A DNA stretch of 64,000 nt from a virus. The DNA lies in the IMG/VR virus record IMGVR_UViG_3300013131_000042, positions 3,962 to 67,961 of that record; one strand, given 5' to 3'. The position numbers and the translations under genes were made by a program. The notes under the pieces were generated by a model, which had not been told where the DNA came from, ran no database searches, and was given only the letters and a program-made list of their open reading frames with translations. This document shows positions 46,751-57,026 of this stretch, in pieces (within the stretch, counting starts at the first letter, position 1; each line of letters starts with the position of its first letter).

Positions 46751-47157
46751 GTGATGAGAAGGTTGATTTCGACAGCGAGGACATCAAGCCTATCGACGAG
46801 AAGACCGTGATGACGGTTGCGGGCTTCAAGCGTTACCGCAAGCGCGTAACCAACGACCTTAATAACGTGCTCTTTGAGCTGCAGAAGGGGGTAATCGACG
46901 GTCAAGTGCGAATTAACCTTGTGTGGAACTCGATTAACGCTATCATTAGGTCTCTGCACATCGTGGGGCTCATCACCGACGAGCAGATTGTCGAGGCGGG
47001 GCGCCAACTTATGCAGGAGCACGAGAAGAACATGGAGGAGTTCAAGGCCGCTCACGCAGAGAAGCGACCGCCGAACCCCGAGAATGTAACGAAGACGCCT
47101 GTGGAGCACTTCCGCGATGTGATCGTTCCACAGGTGCGCAAGCCAGAGAACAACTAG
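46747..47157 (+). CDS. Hypothetical protein
   Basis: ATGA-coupled; GGAG SD. Confidence 0.6.
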   Translation: MSDEKVDFDSEDIKPIDEKTVMTVAGFKRYRKRVTNDLNNVLFELQKGVIDGQVRINLVWNSINAIIRSLHIVGLITDEQIVEAGRQLMQEHEKNMEEFKAAHAEKRPPNPENVTKTPVEHFRDVIVPQVRKPENN

Positions 47158-47166
47158 GAGACGACG

Positions 47167-47637
47167 ATGAAGATCAAGACGCAGAAGAAGACGGAGAAGA
47201 AGGTGCAGGACCGCTCGGAGTTGGAGACGCTTTGCCAGCGCATCGTCAACTTGGAGCAACAGATCCGCGAGTGGGAGGAGTCGTACGAGAACGTCTTCAC
47301 CCACTGGCGTGAGTTGATGACGGAGAAGGAGGGCGTGACGGAGGCCATCAAGACCGAGGCACGCAAGTTCTCCACGCCCGGCAACACGGAAGTCCTCGCT
47401 GAGAGCGCGAGCCTTTTCGTGTCCGTGCAGGGCCGTCTGAGCCCACTGGAGTACGACTACTCGAAGGCGTCGCTCATGTGGCCGTCCGAGGTGTTGGCCA
47501 AGGTCACGACCAGCCAGATCGACACGAAGAAGTTGGCTGGTTTTATTGAGGCCGGTATTCTCGACAAGGACACCGCTGCGAAGGCTGCGCTGCCGCGCAC
47601 GCCGCAGACGCCTGCCGTCACCATCAAACTTCCGTGA
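47167..47637 (+). CDS. Hypothetical coiled-coil protein
   Basis: AGGAG SD; coiled-coil then IDTKKL segment. Confidence 0.6.
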   Translation: MKIKTQKKTEKKVQDRSELETLCQRIVNLEQQIREWEESYENVFTHWRELMTEKEGVTEAIKTEARKFSTPGNTEVLAESASLFVSVQGRLSPLEYDYSKASLMWPSEVLAKVTTSQIDTKKLAGFIEAGILDKDTAAKAALPRTPQTPAVTIKLP

Positions 47638-47645
47638 GGTCTGTC

Positions 47646-48005
47646 ATGCCGAAAATCATCAAGCGCAACGCGCAAGGAAACGTCCACAGTGCTGTCGTTG
47701 TGCGAAACAACACGACGAAGCAAGAGGTCGCCCGTGAAGAGCAGGATCGCAAACTGCCGCCGGTCGATGTCGCCCCTGGAAAGGCCATCGCGTATGTCCG
47801 TGTTGTGGATAGCGTGAAGCTCTCTCACAATTACCACAGCCTCGGTATCGATGTCGGGGTGGAGATGCCTTTCGAGGTCACCCCTGGTGAGGTAGACCAG
47901 TTGATCCCTGCCCTTGAAGCTGTGCACGCGCTGGTCGAAGACGAGCTGGCGCAGCGCACCAAAGACTTGCGGCAGTTCCTCATCCAGCTCTCCTCCGGAC
48001 GGTGA
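47646..48005 (+). CDS. Hypothetical protein
   Basis: GAGG SD before ATG 47646; NYHSL.IDVG motif. Confidence 0.6.
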   Translation: MPKIIKRNAQGNVHSAVVVRNNTTKQEVAREEQDRKLPPVDVAPGKAIAYVRVVDSVKLSHNYHSLGIDVGVEMPFEVTPGEVDQLIPALEAVHALVEDELAQRTKDLRQFLIQLSSGR

Positions 48006-48478
48006 CAATGCGAGTCGTAAGAGTGGTCAAACGCCCGTGCTCCGAAGTGCTCTCGAAGCTGGAGAGCAAGTTCGAGCGCAAGCCGAACCTGAAGCTCTTG
48101 CGGCCCGCATACCAACACGCTCAACGGGTGCCCGTGAACCGCTGGTCCGCCATCGCGTTCACGGCCCTGTTCTGCCGTAAGTACTACGACCGTTATCGCA
48201 GGGACTGGAAGGGCGGCGAAAGCCTGCTCATCGTCCACCAGACCTTGCGCAACTTCGTGACACGGGTCGGCAAGCAGGACGCTCGCAAAGCGATTGAGGC
48301 CATCTTCTCGACACAGTTCCACTGGGTCACAGGCCACCTGAACGCTCTAAATAACGACAACTTCTTTTCGTCGTATCTCGTGCCCGTCATGGCGCGGACT
48401 GAGCGCAAGGCGGGCGAGCAAGCAGAGTGGACTGGAGAGGTGACGCAGCAGGCTACATATCAGCAAGTCTATCTATAG
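48002..48478 (+). CDS. Hypothetical protein (possible replication initiator/loader partner)
   Basis: Immediately upstream of the DnaC-like ATPase; role inferred from position only. Confidence 0.45.
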   Translation: MTMRVVRVVKRPCSEVLSKLESKFERKPNLKLLRPAYQHAQRVPVNRWSAIAFTALFCRKYYDRYRRDWKGGESLLIVHQTLRNFVTRVGKQDARKAIEAIFSTQFHWVTGHLNALNNDNFFSSYLVPVMARTERKAGEQAEWTGEVTQQATYQQVYL

Positions 48479-48488
48479 GACGCAGCAA

Positions 48489-49070
48489 ATGACGAAGTAT
48501 GGGATTCCGAAGCGCTTCTCCGAAGCGACGCTGAACTCTATTAGCCCTGAACAATTTACGATGGTCTATAACTACGCAGAGAACCTGCGTAGCCGTATTC
48601 GGGATGGCGAGGGCCTCATCCTGTCAGGACCACCAGGAGTCGGAAAGACCTGGGCGATGGCTGGCCTCACGCAGCACTACACGAAGGTGGTGCCGAGGGC
48701 AGACTACGTGTTCATCACAGCGCCAGAGTTCTTCGATGCCTACAGCCTGTTTCGTGTGGACGAGACGGAGCCTAGCGGCTGGGACAGCTACAGAGCGCAG
48801 TCCTTTGCGCTGACTGCGGAGACAATACACTGGCTCGTAATTAACGACCTTGGTAAAGAGTACCGAGGTGGCAAGCTCTCAGAGCAGATTCCGCACAAGC
48901 TGGGCAAGGTGCTGCGCTCTCGCAGCGAGCGTAACTTGATTACGCACATGACCACGAATCTGACGCCCACGGCTTTTAAGGAAGCCTACGGCGACTCGAT
49001 TGCCAGCCTCGTGTCTGAGAGCACTACATTCTTCACGGTCACCGGACCTGACCGTCGAAAGGCCAACTGA
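48489..49070 (+). CDS. DnaC/IstB-like AAA+ helicase loader
   Basis: GIPKRF, GL.LSGPPGVGKT, LVINDLGKE, TTNL, G.DRRK. Confidence 0.88.
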   Translation: MTKYGIPKRFSEATLNSISPEQFTMVYNYAENLRSRIRDGEGLILSGPPGVGKTWAMAGLTQHYTKVVPRADYVFITAPEFFDAYSLFRVDETEPSGWDSYRAQSFALTAETIHWLVINDLGKEYRGGKLSEQIPHKLGKVLRSRSERNLITHMTTNLTPTAFKEAYGDSIASLVSESTTFFTVTGPDRRKAN

Positions 49071-50344
49071 TGTCGTACGATAAAGAGAGAGCTATCCTCA
49101 CCAAGATTATTGAGTCTGGTGATATCAACTACGTCGTACGTAACCGTATGACGCACGAGCACTTTACGCAGGATGACCACCGCACGGTGTTCAAGTTCCT
49201 CGTGTCGTCTTACGAGCAGTACGGCACGGTGCCGTCGCTGGCGCTGGTGCGCGATGTCTACCCGGACTTTCACCCCGAAGAGACGGACGACGCCGCGGAG
49301 CTGATTATCGGGACGGTCAAGCAGCGGAAGCTGTACGAAGACCTGACCAAAAGCCTGTCGACCATCGCGGCAACGGTGCGCGCAGACCCCGAGGGTGCGC
49401 TCAGGCGCCTCCAGACGGACGCCGCGGTGCTCAGCCTGGAGAACGCGTCCTCGGAAGAGGAAGACGCCACGGCGGCCCACCAGCAGGTCAAGGCGGCGTA
49501 CGAGCGGTCCAAGAAGCTCAAGGGTCTTCTTGGCTACGCGTGGCCATGGGAGCGTCTTAACGCAGCGACCCGTGGTATCCGCAAGGGCCAGTTCATTGGG
49601 CTCTACGGTCCTGGCGGTACGATGAAGACGTGGCTGCTTACGTACATCGCGCACTACATGCACTTCACGTTCGAGAAGCGCCCCATCTTCTTCACGTACG
49701 AGATGCCCGTCGAGGACATCCGCTACCGCTGGGCTGCGCTCAGGGCTGGCATTAACTACGAGCGCTTCCAAGACGGCCATCTGACGCCGGATGAGGAGGC
49801 GAAGCTCTATAAGACGCTGGAAGAGCTGGCGGAAGAAGAGGTTCCGTTCATCATTACGGAGCTAGAGTCCTCCGGCCAAGCGGCACTCACGGAAATTCGT
49901 GCCAAGGCTCAACAGCATAGAGCAGATGTTATTCTCATTGACGGTCTCTCATTCCTAACGGATAGCGTGGGTGAGTGGTCGTCGTTCGCCGAGGTGACGC
50001 GTGGCCTCAAGACCATGGCCCGCCGTACGCGTATTCCGATTATCGCTACCCACCACGCCAACCGTCAACGCGGCAAAGTTAAAGCCGAGGATAACGAGAC
50101 TTCCGATGTCGCTTTCGGCGATGCTCTTTCACGTGATGTTGACGTGCTTCTTCGTATCGTGCGCACTCCCCAGCACGAAGAAGCCGATGAGCTGATGATC
50201 GCCATCAAGAAGGTCCGTGAAGGCAAGCGCTGCAGTTTCATTCTGCACGCGAAGCCTGCGGAGAACTTCTCACAGAAATTCGGCGACGTTGTCGAAGCGC
50301 TGCCACAAGTATCAGAGGACGAAGAAGACGGTCTGCTCGCATGA
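49070..50344 (+). CDS. dnaB: Replicative DnaB-like helicase
   Basis: Walker A GPGGTMKT, FTYEMP, ILIDG, LK.MAR...IPII...HANR, D.DV.L, KVREG. Confidence 0.88.
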   Translation: MSYDKERAILTKIIESGDINYVVRNRMTHEHFTQDDHRTVFKFLVSSYEQYGTVPSLALVRDVYPDFHPEETDDAAELIIGTVKQRKLYEDLTKSLSTIAATVRADPEGALRRLQTDAAVLSLENASSEEEDATAAHQQVKAAYERSKKLKGLLGYAWPWERLNAATRGIRKGQFIGLYGPGGTMKTWLLTYIAHYMHFTFEKRPIFFTYEMPVEDIRYRWAALRAGINYERFQDGHLTPDEEAKLYKTLEELAEEEVPFIITELESSGQAALTEIRAKAQQHRADVILIDGLSFLTDSVGEWSSFAEVTRGLKTMARRTRIPIIATHHANRQRGKVKAEDNETSDVAFGDALSRDVDVLLRIVRTPQHEEADELMIAIKKVREGKRCSFILHAKPAENFSQKFGDVVEALPQVSEDEEDGLLA

Positions 50345-51444
50345 GTGGAGTAACTCCGGAGAAGCTGCAGAAGTGGTTGGTTGAGGCGGGAGCACAGCGC
50401 ATCAGGCTGTCTCCCACCGGCAACTTCATTTCGACGTGCCCGTTTCACGCCGATACGAGCCCATCGTTCTCGATTCACGGAACGACTGGGCTTTACCACT
50501 GCTTCTCCCAAAGCTGCGGAGCTGTTGGCAATGCGTTTACGTTCGTTACGAGGGCGCTCGGCTGGACGCGGGACAGGGCTATCGAAGAACTCGGCGCCTG
50601 GGACGGGGATGACGCAGACAAGGTCGTCGCGGAACTCCTCACCTTCCCAGACTACGCAGATCGATTTAAGTCCGGAGACCTTGGCCCAACTGAGACTTCT
50701 ATTTCAGCCCACCAACTCGGAGCATATAGTTTCTGCCCACGATACCTCCTCAATAGAGGATTTGATAAAGCTGTGCTTTCCGCTTGGGAAGTGGGATATG
50801 ATCTTACCACTGGCCGGGTTACTATTCCTGTGCGGTCTATGGATGGGCTGCTCGTGGGGATCAGCAAGCGCGCCGACGAGGGTACCCCCGGAGCCAAGTA
50901 CGTCCACCTCGGGTTCAACAAAGGATCCTTCCTCTACGGAGCCGACCAAGCCCCGCGTGGTTCCGAGGTCTGGGTCGGGGAAGGACAACTGGACGCCATT
51001 GCCCTCGACCAATTCGGACTGCCCAGGGGGTTCGCCGTGTCAACGATGGGTGCCCTCGTAAGCGAAGCGCAGATTAAACTACTCTCTGTTTACAAGCGCG
51101 TCGTCCTGTGCTTTGACAACGACATGAACGGCGTCATGGCGACTCTACGGGTTGGCCATGGCCTCACGCAGACCGCTGTCGAGCAAATACTTGTCGCCGA
51201 CAAATTTCCACAAGACATAAAAGACCCTGCCGACCTACTACTTGCTACTGATAAACAGCGCTCTACTTTTATAAATGAACTAACTCCATACGAACTCTGG
51301 TCTGTCAACACACTACTCACAATCTCAGAAGGTAAGAACAATGCGAGGCTTTGGCGCAGTAAAGGAAGTGAAGAAGGAGATGGACGAGCGACGCGCTTCG
51401 TTCGGCGGGAACCGCGTCCAGGACTTCATCATCAAAGACGGTGA
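50341..51444 (+). CDS. dnaG: DnaG-type primase
   Basis: CPFH.D..PSF...YHCF..SC zinc finger; TOPRIM EGQLDA and FDND; KDP. Confidence 0.9.
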   Translation: MSGVTPEKLQKWLVEAGAQRIRLSPTGNFISTCPFHADTSPSFSIHGTTGLYHCFSQSCGAVGNAFTFVTRALGWTRDRAIEELGAWDGDDADKVVAELLTFPDYADRFKSGDLGPTETSISAHQLGAYSFCPRYLLNRGFDKAVLSAWEVGYDLTTGRVTIPVRSMDGLLVGISKRADEGTPGAKYVHLGFNKGSFLYGADQAPRGSEVWVGEGQLDAIALDQFGLPRGFAVSTMGALVSEAQIKLLSVYKRVVLCFDNDMNGVMATLRVGHGLTQTAVEQILVADKFPQDIKDPADLLLATDKQRSTFINELTPYELWSVNTLLTISEGKNNARLWRSKGSEEGDGRATRFVRREPRPGLHHQRR

Positions 51445-52264
51445 AGAGGTTGAGATTTGGTTTAACGGCACGTCCGATGAGCCGCTCCTCTTCAAGGAAC
51501 ACACGGCTCGCGCGACGGTGAACGGCAAAGAGCGCTTCATGCGCGAGATTTGTGCCGCGGATATGGAGAAGCACGATGGCTGCGTCTTCTGCTACCTCCA
51601 CCAGAACGGCGACAAGCGCATCGGCAAGGCGTCTCACAAGGCCGCATTCAACGTTATCGATACCCGCTGGGTTCACAAGATCACGGAGATGCGTGATGGC
51701 CGTGAGCGCACGATGACGTTGCCGTGCTCGGACGACAGCAAGTGCGAGCACTGCCGTAAGCGCGTTCCGCGTGAGCGTGCCGGGCAGCGTCGCTGGGCGG
51801 TGAGCCTGACGACGGCACAGGCGCTTGCTGGCGTGAACGAGGCTCTGGAGCGCCGCTGTGCGTGCGGCGGCAAGCTCAAGAAGGTTGGTTACGTCGGCCC
51901 CAAGGGCAAGGTCCTTCCGGATATCGACGATGTGGATAACCCGGAAGAGTGGGAGGCCAAGCACGAGTGCAACAAGTGCAAGAAGCCGACGCCACTCAAC
52001 ATCTTCTCGGTGCCCGTCACCGTCCGCCGTATCGGCTCTGACATGAAGACGACCTATAACTTCATGCCGGGCGCACAGCAGGACATGGAAGACTGGATGA
52101 CGGAGCTGGAGCCCTACGACCTGGAGACGACCGTCAAAGCCTTCCCGGCGGCATCGCAGGCAGAGCGTATCGGCGTGGCGAATCCGTTTGCCTCCGGTGC
52201 GCGTAAGCGTGCTACGGAATCTTACGGCTCTGGGGATGAAGATCCTTGGGAGTCGGACTCCTGA
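51341..52264 (+). CDS. Putative single-stranded DNA-binding protein with several Cys clusters
   Basis: Between primase and polymerase; V.R.G...TTY.F OB-fold-like motif; acidic/aromatic tail DEDPWESDS. Confidence 0.7.
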   Translation: MRGFGAVKEVKKEMDERRASFGGNRVQDFIIKDGEEVEIWFNGTSDEPLLFKEHTARATVNGKERFMREICAADMEKHDGCVFCYLHQNGDKRIGKASHKAAFNVIDTRWVHKITEMRDGRERTMTLPCSDDSKCEHCRKRVPRERAGQRRWAVSLTTAQALAGVNEALERRCACGGKLKKVGYVGPKGKVLPDIDDVDNPEEWEAKHECNKCKKPTPLNIFSVPVTVRRIGSDMKTTYNFMPGAQQDMEDWMTELEPYDLETTVKAFPAASQAERIGVANPFASGARKRATESYGSGDEDPWESDS

Positions 52265-52299
52265 CGCAGCAAACGACGTACAACTAGACGAGGTATAAG

Positions 52300-54309
52300 A
52301 TGCGAGTGCGAGTGCCCATTCGACGGCGTTCGGTGTTCCCGAACGTCGATGGTGTCTTCATCGCAGACACGGCTGAGAAGTGCCAACAGGCACTGCGCAT
52401 GATCGCAGACTGGCCGGTGGTTGGTGTCGATACGGAAGCGTACGGCGCCAACCTCCGGGAGCAGTCTCCCGTCTACCACGCGAAGCCGGTCTCAATTCAG
52501 TTTGCCGGAGCTAAGGGCGCACAGATTTTCGTGCCGCTATGGGACCACTACCTTCCACTACTCAACGTGCTCAAGCCGTTCCTGGCCGAGGAGACGGAGC
52601 GGAAGGTTCTCCACAACGCGAAGTTCGACATGCATGTCCTCGCGAACGCTGGCGCTCCGATGCGCGGCCTTCTCGGGGACACGCTTGTCATGCACTACCT
52701 GTATTACAACGGCGAGCAGTTCCACGGCCTCAAGGAGGCGGTAAAGCAAATCTTCGGCGAGGAGACTGTCGAGTACAGCGACACGTTCAAGAAGCCGGTG
52801 CTCAAGAAGAACGGTGAGCCGTCTGCTTCGCGCACTTACGTGCCGTCGCTTGTCGAGGTGATTAAAGAGCCCGCAGGTATTGAGACCTTGGTCCGCTACT
52901 CGGTCAAGGACCCTTGGTACACTGTGCGGCTCTTCCAGCACTTGGAGGAGAAGCTGCGCGCAACGCAGTGGACTAAGCAGGGCTCGTACTACGACTATTA
53001 CCGTAAGTTCGAATTGCCGTACACGGACGTGCTCTACCAGATGGAGCGCCGCGGCTGTCTTATCGACATGCCGTACCTGGAGAAGGCCAAGACCGACGCT
53101 GAAAAGAAGATCGAAGAGATCAAGTTCAAGTTCGGTCACGAGTGCGCCAAGCGTGGCGTCGCCACTACCTACATCGAGAAGTTCTCCATGGACTCCCCGA
53201 AGCAGGTGGCGGAACTGCTCGAAGGACAGCTCGGCGTGCACATCCCGGACCGTACCGCCAAGGGTGCGCCGTCCACGAGTGAGGGCTCTCTCGCCAAGAT
53301 TCGTGGCGCAGGGAAGCCCGTCGTAGACCTACTGCTCGAATACCGCGGACTCGTGAAGCTGCAGGGCACGTACCTCGAAGCCTTCAGCAATCTTGCTCCG
53401 CAATACAACGGTCGTCTCCACACGACGCTCCGCCAGACAGGCACGGCTACGGGTCGTCTGTCGTCCAGCGCGCCGAACCTCCAGAACATTCCTGCGTCCG
53501 AGAAGGATGTATTCGGTATTCGTAAAGCGTTTATCGCTCCGAAGGGCATGGTCATCGGCGACATCGACTTGTCGCAGATTGAAGTGCGTCTCGCGGCCCA
53601 CTTCACCAAGGATGCCACACTGCTCAAGGCTATTCGCGAGGACTGGGATATTCACGCCCTCACTGCTACGCGTACGAGCGATGCCGTGGCGGACTTCGTG
53701 GTTGGCAAAGAGGTCAACGCCGACCTGCTGCACGAAGTGAAGAAGAAGTTCCCCGATGAGCGCCGTAAGGCCAAGCCAATCCTTTTCGGCACGTTCTACG
53801 GCATGGGTCCAGCGAAGTACGCAGACCAAGTCGGCGTGTCTGTCGAGGAAGGCAAGTTCGCCCTGGAGCGCTTCTTCTCCCTCTATGGCGGCCTTCGTGG
53901 CGGCATTAACTCCATCCAGAAGTACTGCTACGAGCACGGCCACATCCGTACGTTGCTGCGTCGCTACTGCCAGATTCCATGGATTCGTTCGGAGCAATTG
54001 GAGCTGCGCAAGCAGGCAGAGCGGCAGGCGTTCAACTACACGATTCAGGGCTCGGCCGCAGACCTGCTTCGCATGTCCATGCTTCTTATCGAGAAGGACG
54101 AGCGCCTCAAGCAGTTGGGCGTACGCATGACGCTGCAGATTCACGACGAACTGCTCTTCGAGGTGCCGAAGGGCGCTGAGCAGGAAGTCAAACCAATTAT
54201 CGAAGAGTATGTTTCACACCCGTACCGCGCTCTCGGCATGAAGGATCTCCTCGTCGACACACCTGCGGAAATCGGGTTCGCACCTACTTGGGCGGAGGCA
54301 AAGGCATGA
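52300..54309 (+). CDS. polA: Family A DNA polymerase with 3'-5' exonuclease domain
   Basis: ExoI DTE, ExoII HNAKFD; TATGRLSSSAPNLQNIP, motif A DLSQIE, motif B RRKAK..FG..YG, motif C QIHDEL. Confidence 0.95.
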   Translation: MRVRVPIRRRSVFPNVDGVFIADTAEKCQQALRMIADWPVVGVDTEAYGANLREQSPVYHAKPVSIQFAGAKGAQIFVPLWDHYLPLLNVLKPFLAEETERKVLHNAKFDMHVLANAGAPMRGLLGDTLVMHYLYYNGEQFHGLKEAVKQIFGEETVEYSDTFKKPVLKKNGEPSASRTYVPSLVEVIKEPAGIETLVRYSVKDPWYTVRLFQHLEEKLRATQWTKQGSYYDYYRKFELPYTDVLYQMERRGCLIDMPYLEKAKTDAEKKIEEIKFKFGHECAKRGVATTYIEKFSMDSPKQVAELLEGQLGVHIPDRTAKGAPSTSEGSLAKIRGAGKPVVDLLLEYRGLVKLQGTYLEAFSNLAPQYNGRLHTTLRQTGTATGRLSSSAPNLQNIPASEKDVFGIRKAFIAPKGMVIGDIDLSQIEVRLAAHFTKDATLLKAIREDWDIHALTATRTSDAVADFVVGKEVNADLLHEVKKKFPDERRKAKPILFGTFYGMGPAKYADQVGVSVEEGKFALERFFSLYGGLRGGINSIQKYCYEHGHIRTLLRRYCQIPWIRSEQLELRKQAERQAFNYTIQGSAADLLRMSMLLIEKDERLKQLGVRMTLQIHDELLFEVPKGAEQEVKPIIEEYVSHPYRALGMKDLLVDTPAEIGFAPTWAEAKA

Positions 54310-55373
54310 AGGTTAAGAAGGCAACTACCGCGGCTACTAACGACGTTACGAAGCAGGAAAAGATTCGCTTGCTCATCGACCAGTGCAACAAGTCGTTGGG
54401 TACGGAGGGCAAAATTTATGTCGGTACACAACACACGAAGCTCGAAAGAATCCCCACGGGTGTCCTCGCGTTCGACACCATCACGGGTGGAGGTCTCGTT
54501 CGAGGTCAGCTCTTGGAGCTTTACGGAGAAGAATCGAGCGGAAAAACTCTCCTCTCTCTCCTATCTGCCGCTGCGGTTCAAAAGGTTGGCGGAGTCGTCG
54601 TCTGGGTCAAAGGCGAGTCATTCGACGCGGCGTGGGCTGAGCGGCTGGGTGTTGACCTGTCTAGCTTGGTGCTGGTCGAAGCTGCGACCGGCGACACGGC
54701 GCTAGAGGCGGCCATGACCATGGTCGAGAGCGGCTACGTCGACCTGCTTGTCATGGACTCGTATCAGGCCCTGGGCACGCGCAGGGAGAGCGAGGCGGGG
54801 GTTGAGGCGGAGTCCTACGGCGGTGGCGGCGCGAGCCAGATGTGGGGTCGCGTGATGCGCCGAGCCTACGCAGCGGCCAACGGAGGACCTGCTGCTCGTA
54901 CGTGCTTTCTGGGTATCTCTCAGGTCCGCGCCAAGATTGGCGGCTTCTCCCCCAACGGCCAGCCCGACCCCGAGCCCACGGGTATCAAGGCGCTGCGTCA
55001 CTGGAAGGGAATCTCCGTGCAGTGCAAGAAGGGTGAGCCAACTTACAACGACGGTAGCAAGGAGAAGCGCTTCATTGTCGCGCGTGAGTTCAAGCTGCGC
55101 TGCGTGAAGAACAAGACCTTCCCGCCGGAGCGTACGGGCGCCTTCACTTTTTACTTCCGTAACTGGCAAGGCGTGCCGTTTGGGGTAGATAAAGCTCTCG
55201 AAGCCTGCCGTCTCGGACGCTACACGGAGGTTCTTACCTCCAAGGGTTCGTGGATTGAAGGCTGCGGTCTGCGTGCACAGGGAGAAGAGGGGTTCGTTGC
55301 CCAGCTTCGGGCTAACCCCAAGGCGATGCAGACTCTGACGAAGGCTATTATGGAAGCAGTGGTACGAGAATGA
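54306..55373 (+). CDS. recA: RecA-like recombinase
   Basis: IPTG...D...GGG..RG...E.YGEESSGKT, VMDS, SQVR.KIG, KNK..PP, GSW...QG. Confidence 0.92.
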   Translation: MKVKKATTAATNDVTKQEKIRLLIDQCNKSLGTEGKIYVGTQHTKLERIPTGVLAFDTITGGGLVRGQLLELYGEESSGKTLLSLLSAAAVQKVGGVVVWVKGESFDAAWAERLGVDLSSLVLVEAATGDTALEAAMTMVESGYVDLLVMDSYQALGTRRESEAGVEAESYGGGGASQMWGRVMRRAYAAANGGPAARTCFLGISQVRAKIGGFSPNGQPDPEPTGIKALRHWKGISVQCKKGEPTYNDGSKEKRFIVAREFKLRCVKNKTFPPERTGAFTFYFRNWQGVPFGVDKALEACRLGRYTEVLTSKGSWIEGCGLRAQGEEGFVAQLRANPKAMQTLTKAIMEAVVRE

Positions 55374-55606
55374 ACCCCCTGGATGGCGGCTGCTGGGCTG
55401 TGAAGTGCACGAAATACGACAAGGTGGAGATTGTCATCCTCACCCCGTCCTGGATCAGTGCACGCAACGCAGCGGCCAAGTACTTTAACTGCCACGTAAA
55501 TGATTTGAGGTTGAACTATGCCAAAAGGCAGGCTCTTAAACCCGGCGCGGTCTGCTTCACAGTCACAGAGGCGCTCGAAGTTGCAGGAAAAATCCACAGC
55601 AAATGA
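55370..55606 (+). CDS. Hypothetical protein
   Basis: ATGA-coupled ORF. Confidence 0.45.
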   Translation: MNPLDGGCWAVKCTKYDKVEIVILTPSWISARNAAAKYFNCHVNDLRLNYAKRQALKPGAVCFTVTEALEVAGKIHSK

Positions 55607-55883
55607 CATTCGTGGTCGCACTCAGCCCGGCTCTGGGAATCAGTGGCACAGCAAGTGCGATGTGAAGAGCGCCAACTGGCTGGTTGAGTGCAAGACGACG
55701 CAGCAGAGTTCTTTCCGGATCACCGATCTCATGTGGAAAGTGCTGCGTCTAAATGCGCTACGAGAGGGCAAAATCCCGGCGCTCCAGGTCGATCTCCAAG
55801 GGGAGAGGCTTGTCGCGATTCCGTACGACGTGTGGATCGATTTGGTTGCTGTTGATACTGGGAGTTCGAATGCTGAGCATTAA
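55518..55883 (+). CDS. PD-(D/E)XK nuclease (Holliday-junction-resolvase-like)
   Basis: GR.QPGSG....K.DV....LVECK.T...S motif. Confidence 0.75.
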   Translation: MPKGRLLNPARSASQSQRRSKLQEKSTANDIRGRTQPGSGNQWHSKCDVKSANWLVECKTTQQSSFRITDLMWKVLRLNALREGKIPALQVDLQGERLVAIPYDVWIDLVAVDTGSSNAEH

Positions 55884-56598
55884 GCTGAAGAAGTCGTTGA
55901 TGCAGGCCGAAGGGTCTGTCGATAAAGAACTGTTGAAGGCTGAGCCGCCGTCCACGGTGGCCTACATCGATGCGGTGCTGCGGGAGCGAACGCGCGAGCG
56001 TAAGTTCTTCCGACCGTCCATGCTGCACGGTTGCGACCGACAGAACGTTTTCCACTACACACGCTCGCCATCGAAGCCGCAGCGTCAGGAGCCGCGCATG
56101 ATGCGTATCCTCGACAACGGTACGGCGGTGCACGAGGTTCTCCAGGGTTACCTCAGTGACCATCCGGACGTGTGGTTCGCCCCGGAGTCTCGTATTCTCG
56201 TGGAGATTAACGACGCCTGGGTGCGTGGCTCGTGCGACGGAGTGCTTATCCGTCGTAGCGATGGGTACCGCTGGGGCATCGAAATCAAGACGATTGCTCA
56301 TGACGAGTTCATGAAGCTCTCGAAGCCCAAGAAAGAACACATTGCGCAGGCTATGATTTACATGGCGGTGCAGAAGCTGTACTGGATTACGATTATCTAC
56401 TGGGATAAAGACAAACAACACCTAAAAGAGTATCCGATTGCCTTTGACCCGGTGCTCTGGAAACAAACGCAAGAGCGTATTAAACACTTGGTTTCATACG
56501 TGCACGCGAATACCCTGCCTGATTATGACAAGAGCACTTGCAACACGTTCTTCTGTCAGTACGTCGACCACTGCAGATCCAAGGGAGCCCCGGTATGA
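55870..56598 (+). CDS. Cas4-like PD-(D/E)XK exonuclease
   Basis: PS.L.GC.R, G...HE, G.CDG, EIKT, H..Q...YM, C-terminal C...C.Y...C Fe-S ligands; GGGAG SD before ATG 55870. Confidence 0.85.
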   Translation: MLSIKLKKSLMQAEGSVDKELLKAEPPSTVAYIDAVLRERTRERKFFRPSMLHGCDRQNVFHYTRSPSKPQRQEPRMMRILDNGTAVHEVLQGYLSDHPDVWFAPESRILVEINDAWVRGSCDGVLIRRSDGYRWGIEIKTIAHDEFMKLSKPKKEHIAQAMIYMAVQKLYWITIIYWDKDKQHLKEYPIAFDPVLWKQTQERIKHLVSYVHANTLPDYDKSTCNTFFCQYVDHCRSKGAPV

Positions 56599-57026
56599 AG
56601 AAGTGGATTTCAATTTTTGCGCTGAGCAGTGCGCTTTCTGGCTGTTGGCTGATGGCGCCGAATCACGTCGAGAACACGACGGCTTCTGTACTGCAGGCTA
56701 CGTCGACTTCGATCGAGGCTGCTCAGAGCACTGCGGTTTTGTACTACCGTTTTGAACAGCAGCGCATCATCAACGACGGCCTGCGCGACGGTCTTACCAA
56801 AGAACAAGTGCTCAATAAAATCAGCGAGCTTCGCATCAAGTGGTCGCCCACGTGGATGCTCTTTGAAGAGGCCCGCGTTGCGTACAACGAACTGCTTGAC
56901 CTGCTGAAGCTCGTGGCGGCGGGCACGAAGAAGCAGGAAGACTTGGCCCCGGCCTATTCGAAGCTGCAGGAGAAGCTCAGCGCCGCTGAGTTTGCTATGG
57001 CGACGGCACGAGGAGACCACCCATGA
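56595..57026 (+). CDS. Putative lipoprotein
   Basis: MKKWISIFALSSALSGC lipobox signal peptide. Confidence 0.7.
   Translation: MKKWISIFALSSALSGCWLMAPNHVENTTASVLQATSTSIEAAQSTAVLYYRFEQQRIINDGLRDGLTKEQVLNKISELRIKWSPTWMLFEEARVAYNELLDLLKLVAAGTKKQEDLAPAYSKLQEKLSAAEFAMATARGDHP

Noticed and set aside
55870-56598. CRISPR-Cas system suggested by the Cas4-like gene
   Set aside because: No repeat-spacer array or other cas genes; solo Cas4-like nucleases are common in phage replication modules.
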